Part shown: piece after piece, positions 48,100 through 60,518 of the stretch
Layout of the letters: every line of letters begins with the position of its first letter
Position numbering within the stretch: position 1 is the first letter of the stretch
Assembly: GCA_002269645.1 (NCBI GenBank)
Contig: NIVC01000284.1
Location: 310,001 to 374,000 of the forward strand
DNA from: Macrostomum lignano
Taxonomy: Eukaryota
DNA length: 64,000 nucleotides
Direction: 5' to 3'
Notes under the pieces: model-generated
The model's input: the letters and a program-made list of their open reading frames with translations, nothing else
What the model was told of the DNA's origin: nothing
Databases searched by the model: none
Position numbers and translations under genes: made by a program

Positions 48100-49765
48100 A
48101 TGCCTTCAGTGTCTTCAGGACCTTCAGTATCTTCAAAACCTTCAGTATCTTCAGGACCTTCAGTGTCTTCAGGACCTTCAGTGTCCTTCAGGACCTTCAG
48201 TGTCTTCAGGACCTTCAGTATCTTCAGGACATTCAGTATCTTCAGGACCTTCAGTATCTTCAGGACCTTCAGTATCTTCAAAACCTTCAGTGTCTTCAGG
48301 ACCTTCAGTGTCTTCAGGATCTTCAGTGTCTTCAAAACCTTCAATATCTTCAGGACCTTCAGTATCTTCAGGACCTTCAGTATCTTCAGTACCTTCAGTA
48401 TCTTCAGGACATTCAGTATCTTCAGGATCTTCAGTATCTTCAGGACCTTCAGTATCTTCAGGACCTTCAGTATCTTCAGGACCTTCAGTATCTTCAGGAC
48501 CTTCAGTATCTTCAAAACCTTCAGTATCTTTAGGACATTTAGTGTCTTCAGGACCTTCAGTGTCTTTAGGACCTTCAGTATCTTCAGGACCTTCAGTATC
48601 TTCAGTACCTTCAGTATCTTCAGGACCTTCAGTGTCTTCAGTACCTTCAGTATCTTCAGGACCTTCAGTATCTTCAAAACCTTCAGTATCTTCAGGACCT
48701 TCAGTATCTTAAAAACCTTCATTATCTTCAGACCCTTCAGTATCTTCAGGACCTTCAGTATCTTCAGGACCTTCAGTGTCTTCAGGACCTTCAGTATCTT
48801 CAGGACATTCAGTATCTTCAGGACCTTCAGTGTCTTCGACCTTCAGTATCTTCAGGACCTTCAGTATCTTCAGGACCTTCAGTATCTTCAGGACCTTCAG
48901 TATCTTCAGGACCTTCAGTGTCTTCGACCTTCAGTATCTTCAAGACCTTCAGTGTCTTCAGGACCTTCAGTGTCTTCAGGACCTTCAGTATCTTCAGGAC
49001 CTTCAGTGTCTTCAGGACTTTCAGTGTCTTCAAAACCTTCAGTATCTTCAGGACCTTCAGTGTCCTTCAGGACCTTCAGTATCTTCAGGACCTTCAGTAT
49101 CTTCAGGACCTTCAGTATCTTCAGGACCTTCAGTATCTTCAGGACCTTCAGTATCTTCAGGACCTTCAGTATCTTCAGGACCTTCAGTATCTTCAGGACA
49201 TTCAGTATCTTCAGGACCTTCAGTATCTTCAAAACCTTCAGTGTCTTCAGGACCTTCAGTGTCTTCAAAACCTTCAATATCTTCAGGACCTTCAGTATCT
49301 TCAGGACCTTCAGTATCTTCAGTACCTTCAGTATCTTCAGGACATTCAGTATCTTCAGGACCTTCAGTATCTTCAGGACCTTCAGTATCTTCAGGACCTT
49401 CAGTATCTTCAGGACCTTCAGTATCTTCACGACCTTCAGTATCTTCAGGACCTTCAGTATCTTCAGGACCTTCAGTATCTTCAAGACCTTCAGTATCTTC
49501 AGGACCTTCAGTATCTTCAGGGACCTTCATTAACTTCAGGACCTTCATTAACTTCATGACCTTCAGTATCTTCAGGGACGTTCAGTATCTTCAGGGACCT
49601 TCATTAACTTCAGGACCTTCAGTATCTTCAGGACCTTCATTAACTTCAGGACCTTCAGTATCTTCAGGGACCTTCATTAACTTCAGGACCTTCAGTATCT
49701 TCAGGACCTTCATTAACTTCAGGACCTTCAGTATCTTCAGGGACCTTCATTAACTTCAGGACCTC
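48100..49765. repeat. 18-bp-unit satellite (TTCAGTATCTTCAGGACC, built from two 9-bp halves), about 1.65 kb; a TTCATTAAC variant takes over at the right end
   Basis: Direct reading. Confidence 0.96.
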
Positions 49766-50707
49766 AGTACCATGAAACTAGTCCATCTACTGTTTATTCC
49801 AATAAAGAATTATTTGTTCAAATGAAACTTTCCACTCCACACCTGCACACACAGGCATAGCAGCTGGCCTCAACACTAAGTTTAGACCTCATTCTTAAGA
49901 TCAGAAGCCAAAAAGAGGGCAAAATAAGGAAGAAAAAGCCCACACTTGCGGGTTGACCAGAAGTCAGAAAAGATAGAGAGAGAGAGAGGAAAAGAGAGCG
50001 AGACAGGGTAGATGAGAAACGAACGCTTCATTTTTGAGCTCTCCCTAAATATCCCTAGGGAGCTGGGCTTGGAGAAGTCTCCACAGTCCGTCCTGTCAGT
50101 GCTAGAGGGAGGGGGACAGTCAAGTGGAATAGGGCCTCCAAAATTGCTTATCTACCACTGGACCTGCCAGGGGGGGGGGGTGAGTCCTATGGGACTGCAG
50201 TTGCAGCACACCAGCTCAGAAATTATTTTCCTATCATATTGACCTCCTCGGCTTGCTGCGCCTCCAACTGACCAAGCCATCTTCTGAAAGCTTTCATAAG
50301 AAATTTCTGTCTCTGTTTTTTGCGCGCAGTCTATATCTTTCTGCTTTCTGTAGTGGGCAAATCGATTGTCTGCTTCCGACATTTTGCCATTTTTATGGCT
50401 TTCCGCATTAATCGCATTTCTTTTGCGTTGCTTAGAACCAAATTTTGTATCTGAACTGTTGGTTCTGAAGGCACAGACACTATAACACCAATTCTGATGT
50501 AGCCTATAGCTAACTCGGTAATTTCTTAAGTGCTCCAGTTGAGCAGCTCTCACATCACTTTTATTTATTGTGGCCTTAGAACGAGGCACCGCTCATTCAA
50601 GTTGTACTGTAATGCTAGTGGCGGTCATGCCATAGATAAAAGTCTATATCAAATTAATACATCTAACACTCCTTCCCGATAGTTTCTGCAACTTTATTAT
50701 AAGATAT

Positions 50708-52351
50708 TTGGATAAACTCCTGCTAAACCTCGACGGCGTGATATCCTACCAGGACGATATCCTCATCTGGGGCCAAGGTCAGACTGATCATGACAAAAGG
50801 CTCAACACTGTAATGAAGATCCTGGAAAACAATGGACTTCGCATAAATGCTGACAAGTCTGTATTAAACAAGTCGTCAATACGATTTTTGGGCTACGAGA
50901 TCAGTGCTGATGGAATTCGCCCTCTAAAGGAGAAAGTGGAAGCCATTGCCGGATTAAAAGAGCCAAGCGACCTCAAACAACTACAGGCGTTCTTGGGAAT
51001 GGTCGATTTCTATGGACGATGCATTCCTAACTTGGCTACGTTGAAAGAGTCATTGACCAATCTAACCAGGTCAGGTGTGCGATGGACCTGGGGAAGGCAA
51101 GAACAGAAGGCCTTTAACACAATCAAGGAAAGATTGCTAAACGCCGGACTTCTAAAGTCATTCGATCCAGCTGACAATATTATACTTACGACTGATGCAT
51201 CACCGGTGGGACTGGGAGCCGTGTTGGAGCAGTCGTCCGGTCCTGTTCTATTTATCTCCAAGACGTTGACACAGGCTGAGAGAAATTATGCACAGATCGA
51301 AAGAGAGGCGCTAGCCATAGTCTGGGCGGTTAAACGCCTCCACAAATATCTGCTAGGACGCAAGTTCGTGCTCAGGACGGACCATCACCCACTGAAATTT
51401 TTGTTCAACCCTGGAAAGGCCTTGTCTACGGTTGCTGCTGCTAGGCTACAGCGATGGGCGATCACACTCATGGAGTATGATTACGTCATCGAGTTTAAGC
51501 GTTCCGAGGAGATCCCTGTCGCCGATGCCCTATCTCGATTGAATAATAGTGCCGCGGAGAGCGAGCAATTCGACGTCAACTCGATTCAGGACAGTCTACT
51601 CGATATACCAGTTGACAAGCAGCGGCTTAGGCGCACTTCAATGCTTGATCAGGAGATGCGACGGCTGTTTGCGCTCGTCAAGCATGGCTGGACAGCCCAA
51701 GGAATCAAGGAGCTACCAACATACGCTCGAACTCGTGACGAACTGGTGATCGAGAACGGTCTTCTTTACAGAGGAATACGCCTGCTGATCCCGCAGGAGG
51801 AGCGACAAAGAGTTCTTCGACTATTGCACGACGGCCACATAGGCGCGGACAAGATGAAATCCATCGCCAGACAATGCGCATGGTGGCCAGGAATAGACGC
51901 TGATGTCACTAGGCATACCAAGCAATGCGTCGCTTGCCAGACAAATAAAGACCATGGAGCATCAATCCAATGGGCATCTTGGCCAGAGGAAAGCGAAAAG
52001 TGGTGCCGTGTGCACGCAGACTACGCTGGACCGTTTAAGGGCAACAAGTACCTGCTCGTAATAGTCGATGCCTACAGCAAATGGGCAGTTGCTAGAGAAG
52101 GTAAGAAAATTGTGGGCGTACAATTGGAAGACGGAAAACACAGCCGATATCATCTGGAGCAAACAAAGCCAAGGATTCCCGTTGAAACTAGCGAGCCTCA
52201 GGAGAGGTCACAGCAAGGTGTTGCTGACCAGAACACAAGTAACCCGACGGAAGAGCCTGGACAACCTGAAAGAGGTCATCGCTGCCAGCGCACGCGGAAG
52301 ACACCCGACAGATTGAACTACTCAACTTTAGGAAGCCCGGATTGCGCGTGA
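50708..52351 (+). CDS. Truncated gypsy pol fragment (C-terminal RT, RNase H, integrase zinc finger, integrase core largely deleted), inverted relative to the element
   Basis: YQDDILI, LTTDASPVGLGAVL, NYAQIEREALAIVW, TDHHPL, and HHCC in LHDGHIG...CVAC. The sequence jumps from VDAYSKW directly to an integrase C-terminal segment. Confidence 0.88.
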   Translation: MDKLLLNLDGVISYQDDILIWGQGQTDHDKRLNTVMKILENNGLRINADKSVLNKSSIRFLGYEISADGIRPLKEKVEAIAGLKEPSDLKQLQAFLGMVDFYGRCIPNLATLKESLTNLTRSGVRWTWGRQEQKAFNTIKERLLNAGLLKSFDPADNIILTTDASPVGLGAVLEQSSGPVLFISKTLTQAERNYAQIEREALAIVWAVKRLHKYLLGRKFVLRTDHHPLKFLFNPGKALSTVAAARLQRWAITLMEYDYVIEFKRSEEIPVADALSRLNNSAAESEQFDVNSIQDSLLDIPVDKQRLRRTSMLDQEMRRLFALVKHGWTAQGIKELPTYARTRDELVIENGLLYRGIRLLIPQEERQRVLRLLHDGHIGADKMKSIARQCAWWPGIDADVTRHTKQCVACQTNKDHGASIQWASWPEESEKWCRVHADYAGPFKGNKYLLVIVDAYSKWAVAREGKKIVGVQLEDGKHSRYHLEQTKPRIPVETSEPQERSQQGVADQNTSNPTEEPGQPERGHRCQRTRKTPDRLNYSTLGSPDCA

Positions 52352-52527
52352 ACTGGAGTGAACTCGGACAGTTGCAGAAACTATCGGGAAGGAGTGTTAG
52401 ATGTATTAATTTGATATAGACTTTTATCTATGGCATGACCGCCACTAGCATTACAGTATAACTTGAATGAGCGGTGCCTCGTTCTAAGGCCACAATAAAT
52501 AAAAGTGATGTGAGAGCTGCTCAACTG

Positions 52528-53040
52528 TTTTTCGCCTCGCGCTACGGCTTCGCATGCGCTTGCCACGGACGTCACCCTCTCCCAGGTGAGGTCTGCGAGT
52601 TTTTCAGTTAGCAGTTTCCTCACAATGTCTTTGTTAGACAGACCAAACACAAACTGGTCGCGCAACCTGTCGTTTAGGTCCGTGAATTCACAGTTGTCCG
52701 CGGCTTGTCGAAGTCTCCTAGCATAGGCCGACGTGTCTTCTCCGCTTTCCTGCTTCATGTGGTGGAAAGCGTATCTATAGGCCAGTCCCGACTTCGATGC
52801 TTTCGTTTCGTTTGTTAGTAGCGTCTTCAGCTGATCGAAGGTCTTTTCCTCTGGCTTTGCTGGCAGTACAGCGTCAGCCAGAAGGTTGAACGCCTTCTTC
52901 CCCACTTGTGCTATAAACGCGTACTTCAGCACGTCGTCGTTCCACTTGTTAACTTCGGCTATAGCCTCGAATCGCTGTAGCCATCTGCTGACCTCGGCAG
53001 GCACGTCTGTCTCCAGGGGTTCGATTGGAATCGTCGCCAT
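52528..53040 (-). CDS. Truncated gypsy gag N-terminal fragment
   Basis: The ATG follows the PBS directly. WLQRFE...KQESGEDTSAYARRLRQAADNCEFTDLNDRLRDQFVFGL is a retrotransposon gag capsid motif. It is cut at 52528 by the inverted LTR copy. Confidence 0.85.
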
Positions 53041-53309
53041 CCTCGTCACCAGTGTTGGTTCTGAAGGCACAGACACTATAACACCAATTCTGATGTAGCC
53101 TATAGCTAACTCGGTAATTTCTTAAGTGCTCCAGTTGAGCAGCTCTCACATCACTTTTATTTATTGTGGCCTTAGAACGAGGCACCGCTCATTCAAGTTG
53201 TACTGTAATGCTAGTGGCGGTCATGCCATAGATAAAAGTCTATATCAAATTAATACATCTAACATGAACCATCTTTTACGCGTCACCCTCTTTCCTGTTA
53301 ACTGTCGCC

Positions 53310-53924
53310 CTCTCACTGTCGCCCTATCTCTATCTCCCTCTCTCTCTGTCTCCCTCTCTCTGTCTCCCTATCTCTATCTCCCACTCTCTCTGTCTCCCTC
53401 TCTCTCTGTCTCCCTCTCTCTCTGTCTCCCTCTCTCTATCTCCCTCTCTCTCTGTCTCCCTCTCTCTCTGTCTCCCTCTCTCTCTGTCTCCCTCTCTCTC
53501 TGTCTCCCTCTCTCTCTGTCTCCCTCTCTCTCTGTCTCCCTCTCTCTCTGTCTCCCTCTCTCTCTGTCGCCCTCTCTCTCTGTCTCCCTCTCTCTCTGTC
53601 TCCCTCTCTCTCTGTCTCCCTCTCTCTCTGTCTCCCTCTCTCTCTGTCTCCCTATCTCTATCTCCCTCTCTCTCTGTCTCCCTCTCTCTCTGTCTCCCTC
53701 TCTCTCTGTCTCCCTCTCTCTATCTCCCTCTCTCTCTGTCTCCCTCTCTCTCTGTCTCCCTCTCTCTCTGTCTCCCTCTCTCTCTGTCTCCCTCTCTCTC
53801 TGTCGCCCTCTCACTGTCGCCCTATCTTTATCTCCCTCTCTCTCTGTCTCCCTCTCTCTCTGTCTCCCTATCTCTATCTCCCTCTCTCTCTGTCTCCCTC
53901 TCTCTCTGTCTCCCTCTCTCTCTG

Positions 53925-53962
<38 letters not shown>

Positions 53963-54600
53963 CCCCTCTCTCTCTCTCCCTCTCTCTCTCTCTCTGTCTC
54001 CCTCTCTCTCTGTCTCCCTCTCTCTCTGTCGCCCTCTCTCTCTGTCTCCCTCTCTCTGTCTCCTTCTGTCTCTGTCTCCCTCTCTCTCTCTCTCTGTCTC
54101 CCTCTATCTGTCTCCCTTTGTCTCTGTCTCCCTCTCCCTCTCTCTCTCTGTCTCCCTCTCTCTGTCTCCCTCTGTCTCTGTCTCCCTCTCTCTCTGTCGC
54201 CCTCTCTCTGTCTCCCTCTCTCTGTCTCCCTCTCACTGTTTCCCTCTCTCTGTCTCCCTCTCACTGTCTCCCTCTCTCTGTCTCCCTCTCACTGTCTCCC
54301 ACTCTCTGTCTCCCTCTCACTGTTTCCCTCTCACTGTCTCCCTCTCACTGTCTCCCTCTCACTGTCTCCCTCTCACTGTCGCCCTCTCACTGTCGTCCTC
54401 TCACTGTCTCCCTCTCACTGTCTCCCTCTCACTGTCTCCCTCTCTCTGTCTCCCTCTCTCTGTCTCCCTCTCACTGTCGCTCTCTCACTGTCTCCCTCTC
54501 TCTGTTTCCCTCTCACTGTCTCCCTCTCCGTCTCCCTCTAACTGTCTCACTCTCCCTCTCATTGTTTCTGGTTCTGCATCCCTCTCACTGTCTCTCTGCC
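53310..54600. repeat. CT-rich low-complexity satellite (TCTCTCTCTGTCTCCC-like units, grading into TCTCACTGTCTCCC)
   Basis: Direct reading. Confidence 0.95.
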
Positions 54601-55329
54601 TGATTTTTAACCAATTGGAATTAGACTAAAATGCATTACATGAAACCGAACTTGCAGTCTTACTAAATGTCAATAATTACTAAAATTAGTTAAGAAATTC
54701 ACCAAATAAACACACGAGGGCCTTACCAATTTGCACTGCAAAACATTGTAGAAAACTTCCATTATTCCGACTTGAAAATCGAGATCAATCTTGAGAAAGA
54801 TTCGCTTCAAGCTTAGATTCCAGCAAATCTATATAGTATGAACAAGTTTTATATTCCAGCCTAATACGTCAAAAGAAGAGTTTTGTGCGCCAGCAGTAGC
54901 AGCAGCAGCAGCAGCAGCAGCAAGCAATGTCTGTCTAATATTATAACGGTGGATACGCAGCTCGAGGCTTGGGGTGGCTGCCGGACTGAACGGCCAGGGT
55001 TTCCTGGGGTTCCACAGAGTTGAACGTTGAACGCTATAAACCCCCGAAATTCTGCTGCGTTCACCCCCATTGGTTGGCACAGCATCCCCCCTCATACACA
55101 GTCCCTGTTCATCAGCAACGCTAGAAGGACCGCGGCTATACCGAGCTGAATTTATCGACTTGTTTATACACGAACTGTAAACTGAAACGTCAGGGAGCTC
55201 TAAACATATCTTGGAATTTTAGGGTATCTGGTTTGGAAACCGATTGTTGATAATAGTTAGTCAACCGGTTGTGGATTATGCATTTGTTCAAGAACTCTAT
55301 TGATTATTGATTTACACCTGCCCCAATTT

Positions 55330-55560
55330 GGGCCAGATGTGCAACCGACAGCTCAGCCGCAGCTATTGCGCGGCGCATCTGAAGGCTGCGTACGGCTGTT
55401 CAGTCCAAGGACTGGGGGGTCGCCACGCACAGCCTCAATTACCCCAGCTAATGCTGGCACCCATTTTACAGCTGGGTGAACTGAAGCAATGCAGAGTTAA
55501 TTATCAAGTGTTCAAGGACACAAATTGTTCCAGTGAGCTAGGGAATCGAACTCCCGACCT
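55330..55560 (-). mobile_element. 5'-truncated tRNA-derived SINE fragment
   Basis: The minus strand has a B-box GGGAGTTCGATTCC followed by TGTGTCCTTG...CACCCAGCTGTAAAATGGG, a central motif common in metazoan tRNA-SINEs. No A box or TSD is seen. Confidence 0.55.
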
Positions 55561-56009
55561 TCAAGGTTCAATGTGTTTTTTTCATGAAATCTACAACAAA
55601 AGTCTTGGTCAATTGCTGGGTCAAGTCGGTCGGCGACTGAACACCGATGCCCCTGATCACCCACTCCAGAAACTGGCCCTTGCTTCTTGTGGTAGAAATC
55701 GAAATATAAAGAGAAAGAAATAGAGAAAGCAGTTATAGGGTAGGAAAGAGCAACTAACGACTGTAGGTGCTGGTCTGTATTTCACATTAGCATGGCAAAG
55801 CATAGCAACACGCCTGCCTCTTAGAGGCATTCGTTGCTTAGCGAGGCGCGAAAGCACAAGCTTTGGTCTGTTGTGCATTTTGCTTTAGTTGCTAGAAATT
55901 GTGCGCCTGTTGCATATACACTGCTAGTGCACTTGCTAAATGCCGTTGCTTGACTGCACGCGACCGTTACTAAGACTGGCAGATTTTTCAAACCATAGCG
56001 AACCTTCAT

Positions 56010-56750
56010 TTATTTGGAAATTGGCGCCTCAATACATCTGGAAATCTGCGCCTCAATACCTCTGGAAATTGGCGCCTCAATACTTCTGGAAATTGGCGCC
56101 TCAATACTTCTGAAAATTGGCGCCTCAATATATCTAAAAATTGGAGCCTCAATATATCTGAAAATTGGCGCCTCAATCTTTTAGAGAATTGGCGCCTCAA
56201 TCTTTTAGAGAATTGGCGCCTCAATCTTTTAGAGAATTGGCGCCTCAATACATCTGGAAATCGGCCCCTCAGTACCTTTGGAAATTGGCGCCTCAATATA
56301 TCTGAAAATTGGAGCCTCAATATATCTGAAAATTGGCGCCTCAATCTTTTTGGAAATTGGCGCCTCAATATATCTGGAAATTGTCGCCTCAATACCTCTG
56401 GAAATTGGCGCCTCAATATATCTGAAAATTGGCGCCTCAATCTTTTTGGAAATTGGCGCCTCAATCTTTCTGGAAATTGGCGCCTCAATCTTTCTGGAAA
56501 TTGGCGCCTCAATATATCTGAAAATTGGCGCCTCAATCTTTCTGGAAATTGGCGCCTCAATCTTTCTGGAAATTGGCGCCTCAATACCTATGGAAATTGG
56601 CGCCTCAATACCTATGGAAATTGGCGCCTCAATACCTCTGGAAATTGGCGCCTCAATATATGTGAAAATTGGAGCCTCGATCTTTTAGAGAATTGGCGCC
56701 TCAATCTTTTAGAGAATTGGCGCCTCAATATGTTTGAGAATTAGCGCCTT
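56010..56750. repeat. 24-bp-unit minisatellite (GAAATTGGCGCCTCAAT + 7 variable nt)
   Basis: Direct reading; 24-nt period. Confidence 0.96.
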
Positions 56751-57119
56751 AATATGTTTAAATAGTCTCCTCAACAATTACGAATTCATTTAGCATTGAG
56801 CGTTATGTTCATATTGACTTCACCAGCACACAAAGAGGTACCACAAAATCCAAGTTTTACGTGAAGTCAAATCTTGAATGATCTGCTTGGAACAGCTTGG
56901 TGAAAGTGGGGCTTTAACTGGCGTAAACAAAAGTGGAAACTTGATATAAACACCCAGCAGCATTTGCATAGAGACATATACAATGCAGTTCTTCTTTGTT
57001 AGGAAATTTATGCATTTTCGTCTGGTCAAAATGGACTGTCGAAGTTAAAGGGAAATCATCGAGCGAACAGTGGTTAGTGAAGTTTTGGCACCGCGAAAAA
57101 TTGGTGTATAAATGTTAAT

Positions 57120-57395
57120 AATAAAAGTGGCGCTAAACAGATTCTAAACTATAAAATGTGGCGCTAAAAAGATTCTGAACTATAAAATGTGGCGCTAAAC
57201 AGATTCTAAACTATAAAATGTGGCGCTAAACAGATTCTAAACTCTAAAAAGTGGCGCTAAACAGATTCTAAACTCTAAAAAGTGGCGCTAAACAGATTCT
57301 AAACTCTAAAACGTGGCGCTAAACAGATTCTAAACTCTAAAAAGTGGCGCTAAAAAGATTCTAAACCATAAAATGTGGCGCTAAACAGATTCTTA
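57120..57395. repeat. 31-bp-unit minisatellite (GTGGCGCTAAACAGATTCTAAACTMTAAAAW)
   Basis: Direct reading; 31-nt period. Confidence 0.94.
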
Positions 57396-58269
57396 ACTAA
57401 ATAACTCCCTGGTATTCTTCACTATAAATTTGTGCTCAATTTAGTCCGCCAACAAGGGGTTCCCAGAAAGGTTATTTAGTAAGAAGTTGTACACGCATTT
57501 TATTGGCCTAAAACGTCATGTGGGATTTTTTTCGTTGCGAGGTTGTTAACGAAATCTGTTCCCTCTAACATTCCCCGTAGCTCTTTAGAGGCAACTCGCG
57601 CTCAAAAAGTGGAACAACTTTTTCCCTTTTTTGCGGACTTCGTCTCTTTTTCAGAGTTTTATTATCCCAAAAATTGAAGGGAAGATTGGCTAAACGGTTC
57701 CAGATAGTTAATGGTGAAATGAGCTCCGGAAGTGTCAGCTATCGTCAGTAAGCACCCAACGTCACAGCAGAGTGCTGATCGAACAACCCATTTCATAATT
57801 GTTGTTTTCCGCCATCATTTCTCATCGGTTGACTTTTTTCGTTGGGGGGGGGGGTTCCGATGGGGCTAGTGGGTGAAATTCGAGTTGGAAACTCGATGGA
57901 ACTTTGACATTACGAGATCGAGAGCCCTCCAAGTTTGAGCGAGCGGAAACTGCCCAGAAACACAGTCAAAAAGTCGAACAGTCGAATCTAATATCGAATT
58001 TCAACTCGGAACCAAATTGTCCGCATAACCGAGGACCAGTTTTTGTAGAACTAATTCAGTCTGCTTATAGGAAATTGGCACTTCAGTAAATGTTATAGGG
58101 CATAAAGTGTACAATATTTACAATACACTTACAAAGTATTTATGTAAGTCAATATGCGCAATATTTATAACTGCGCAAGATTAATAAATTTATGTTTATT
58201 ATGGTGGGGTAGTTTCTTTATGGTGGGGTAGTTAAGCTAATAAGCTAATATTGGCAATGATTCTAAAAT

Positions 58270-58335
58270 CAGTCAGTCAGTCAGTCAGTCAGTCAGTCAG
58301 TCAGTCAGTCAGTCAGTCAGTCAGTCAGTCAGTCA

Positions 58336-58385
<50 letters not shown>

Positions 58386-58527
58386 AAGTAAGTCAGTCAG
58401 TCAGTCAGTCAGTCAGTCAGTCAGTCAGTCAGTCAGTCAGTCAGTCAGTCAGTCAGTCAGTCAGTCAGTCAGTCAGTCAGTCAGTCAGTCAGTCAGTCAG
58501 TCAGTCAGTCAGTCAGTCAGTCAGTCA
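58270..58527. repeat. (AGTC)n microsatellite
   Basis: Direct reading. Confidence 0.97.
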
Positions 58528-59508
58528 GGGTCACTTGATAGTTGGATCTCCAGATACTGAGTGCTCAATGCCTCTAAAAGAGTACCATAAGGTATCCAGA
58601 CATTGCTAATGGTTCACAAATAGTGCTCAATCTCTAAAATGTCTAGTCGCTATAATTTAGTCCATAGAGTAAGCTTGAGTTCACTAAGACTTGTTACTTG
58701 AGTTCTCTAGAGAGAGTGCCCTATACCTAGGTCACTTAAAAATTTTGTCGAATCAGTTTTTTTTTCAAAATTGGCAGTTCATTAAAACAAAAAAGGAACT
58801 TGACCATATACGAGGTAGAAATCGGTATTGTAAAAGGGTTAATCAGTCTATATTCAAGCAAATTATCTAGGTTGGGTTTGTTACCATGGTACCGGGTGAC
58901 TGTACTACAGACTCCATCGCAATGCCATCCATCGCCCTGCATCGCCAGACCAGGGGTGAACGCAGCGCTGAATAAGCATCAACCGTCAATTTTCTATCTG
59001 CGCAAATTCCCGGAAACGTTTTCCTACGTACACAGAATGATGACGCATCCCGGGAAGCTGTTCAGGATGATTCAGCAGCCAAATCGAATGCTGCACAAGA
59101 CAGAAACTGGGAAAGCTTACCTCAGCGATCAAAGCCATGTTCGATGCGAATTTGCTACACAGAAATGCAAAAAAGTGTTGACTGGCAGAAAAAGCTGGTT
59201 TCAGTGCGCCAGGTCGCATCCCGGAGATATACCTGGAGTTCTATTTATCCTTCACTTCACGGTATCCATGTTTTGAGCTCAGCTTAGCGTGAAACGCATA
59301 AATCTAATTAATAATTAATGAGGAGAAGGCGCCCCCAAACCTGCAGCCAGAAGTTGCCCCCTCCAGGAGATTAACTTAGGCGAAGTGGCTTCGTGACATT
59401 TTTAAGGAGTCTGGGGCCCCGCATTATGACTGCATAATTTATTTGGAGCCAGCCTGTGACTGATCTTGGATTTGCCCCTGAGTGGCACTGGCTGATAACT
59501 CGGCGCGG

Positions 59509-59915
<407 letters not shown>

Positions 59916-60518
59916 TATCTGTATATCCACCAGAAAGCAAAATTTATCTTAGTTGAATTATTCTTGTTAATTATACTCTTGCGCAATAGTTTAACCTATA
60001 AAACTACTTTTAGTAGCGGCTATTCAAAATTTCACATTTATTCCATTTCAGGTTTAAAGATTCGTAGAGTGAAGAGTGATGAGTGATGCTCCGGCACACA
60101 GGAAAGTCAAACAGATTGGAAAGAGGCCCCCCTGACAGACAGGTGTGCTGATGAGCGGCCATCATGATCAGGCAGAGGCTTTATTTCAAGTTACCAAAGC
60201 CCAATAGTTCATCAGCTTACTAAAACTCTTTAACTTTCGTTGCTTATGCAAATCAGCCAAGAGTTTTCCCCTGCACTCCCAATGATCGGTCTGCATTGTG
60301 GCTCACATATACTAACTTGGCCTTGGGTTAGTTAATCAGCATAGGCCCAAACTGCCTACATTAGCAAATAAGTAGGATTGGATTTGGGTCAAAATTTCTA
60401 TAACTTTTTACTTTAGCTAATTGGCTGAACTTGGCCTAGATAGATTTCTACCGACAGACCAGATTTAGTATATGGATTTGTGGAATTGCTTACACTAAGT
60501 TGAGAAGCGTTAGATGGA

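Larger units (their letters stand above)
50457..53264 (-). mobile_element. Non-autonomous Ty3/gypsy (Mag-like) LTR retrotransposon, 2.8 kb, internally rearranged
   Basis: Two 212-bp TG...CA LTRs (53053-53264 and 50457-50668) that read as identical. TSD TGAAC at 50452-50456 and 53265-53269. PBS TGGTGACGAGG at 53041-53051. Polypurine tract GGGAAGGAG next to the 3' LTR. Confidence 0.93.

Noticed and set aside
47991-49753. Long ORFs (IFRTFS, SSGPSV, DTEGPE, LQYLQD repeats)
   Set aside because: Several frames on both strands are open because the 18-bp unit is a multiple of three. There is no unique domain or splice support.
50152-50589. 145-aa ORF beginning MPRSKATINK (also 52949-53185)
   Set aside because: It starts inside the LTR and runs into flanking sequence; an artefact of the LTR duplication.
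53126-54603. 471-aa Ser/Leu ORF and Arg/Glu ORFs on the opposite strand
   Set aside because: LTR read-through into a CT-rich low-complexity tract.
54829-55095. Poly-Ala/poly-Leu minus-strand ORF over a (CAG)n tract
   Set aside because: It could be an exon, but I could not assign splice sites, frame or homology.
58800-59276. 158-aa plus-strand ORF and overlapping minus-strand ORFs
   Set aside because: No domain recognised and no consistent exon boundaries.
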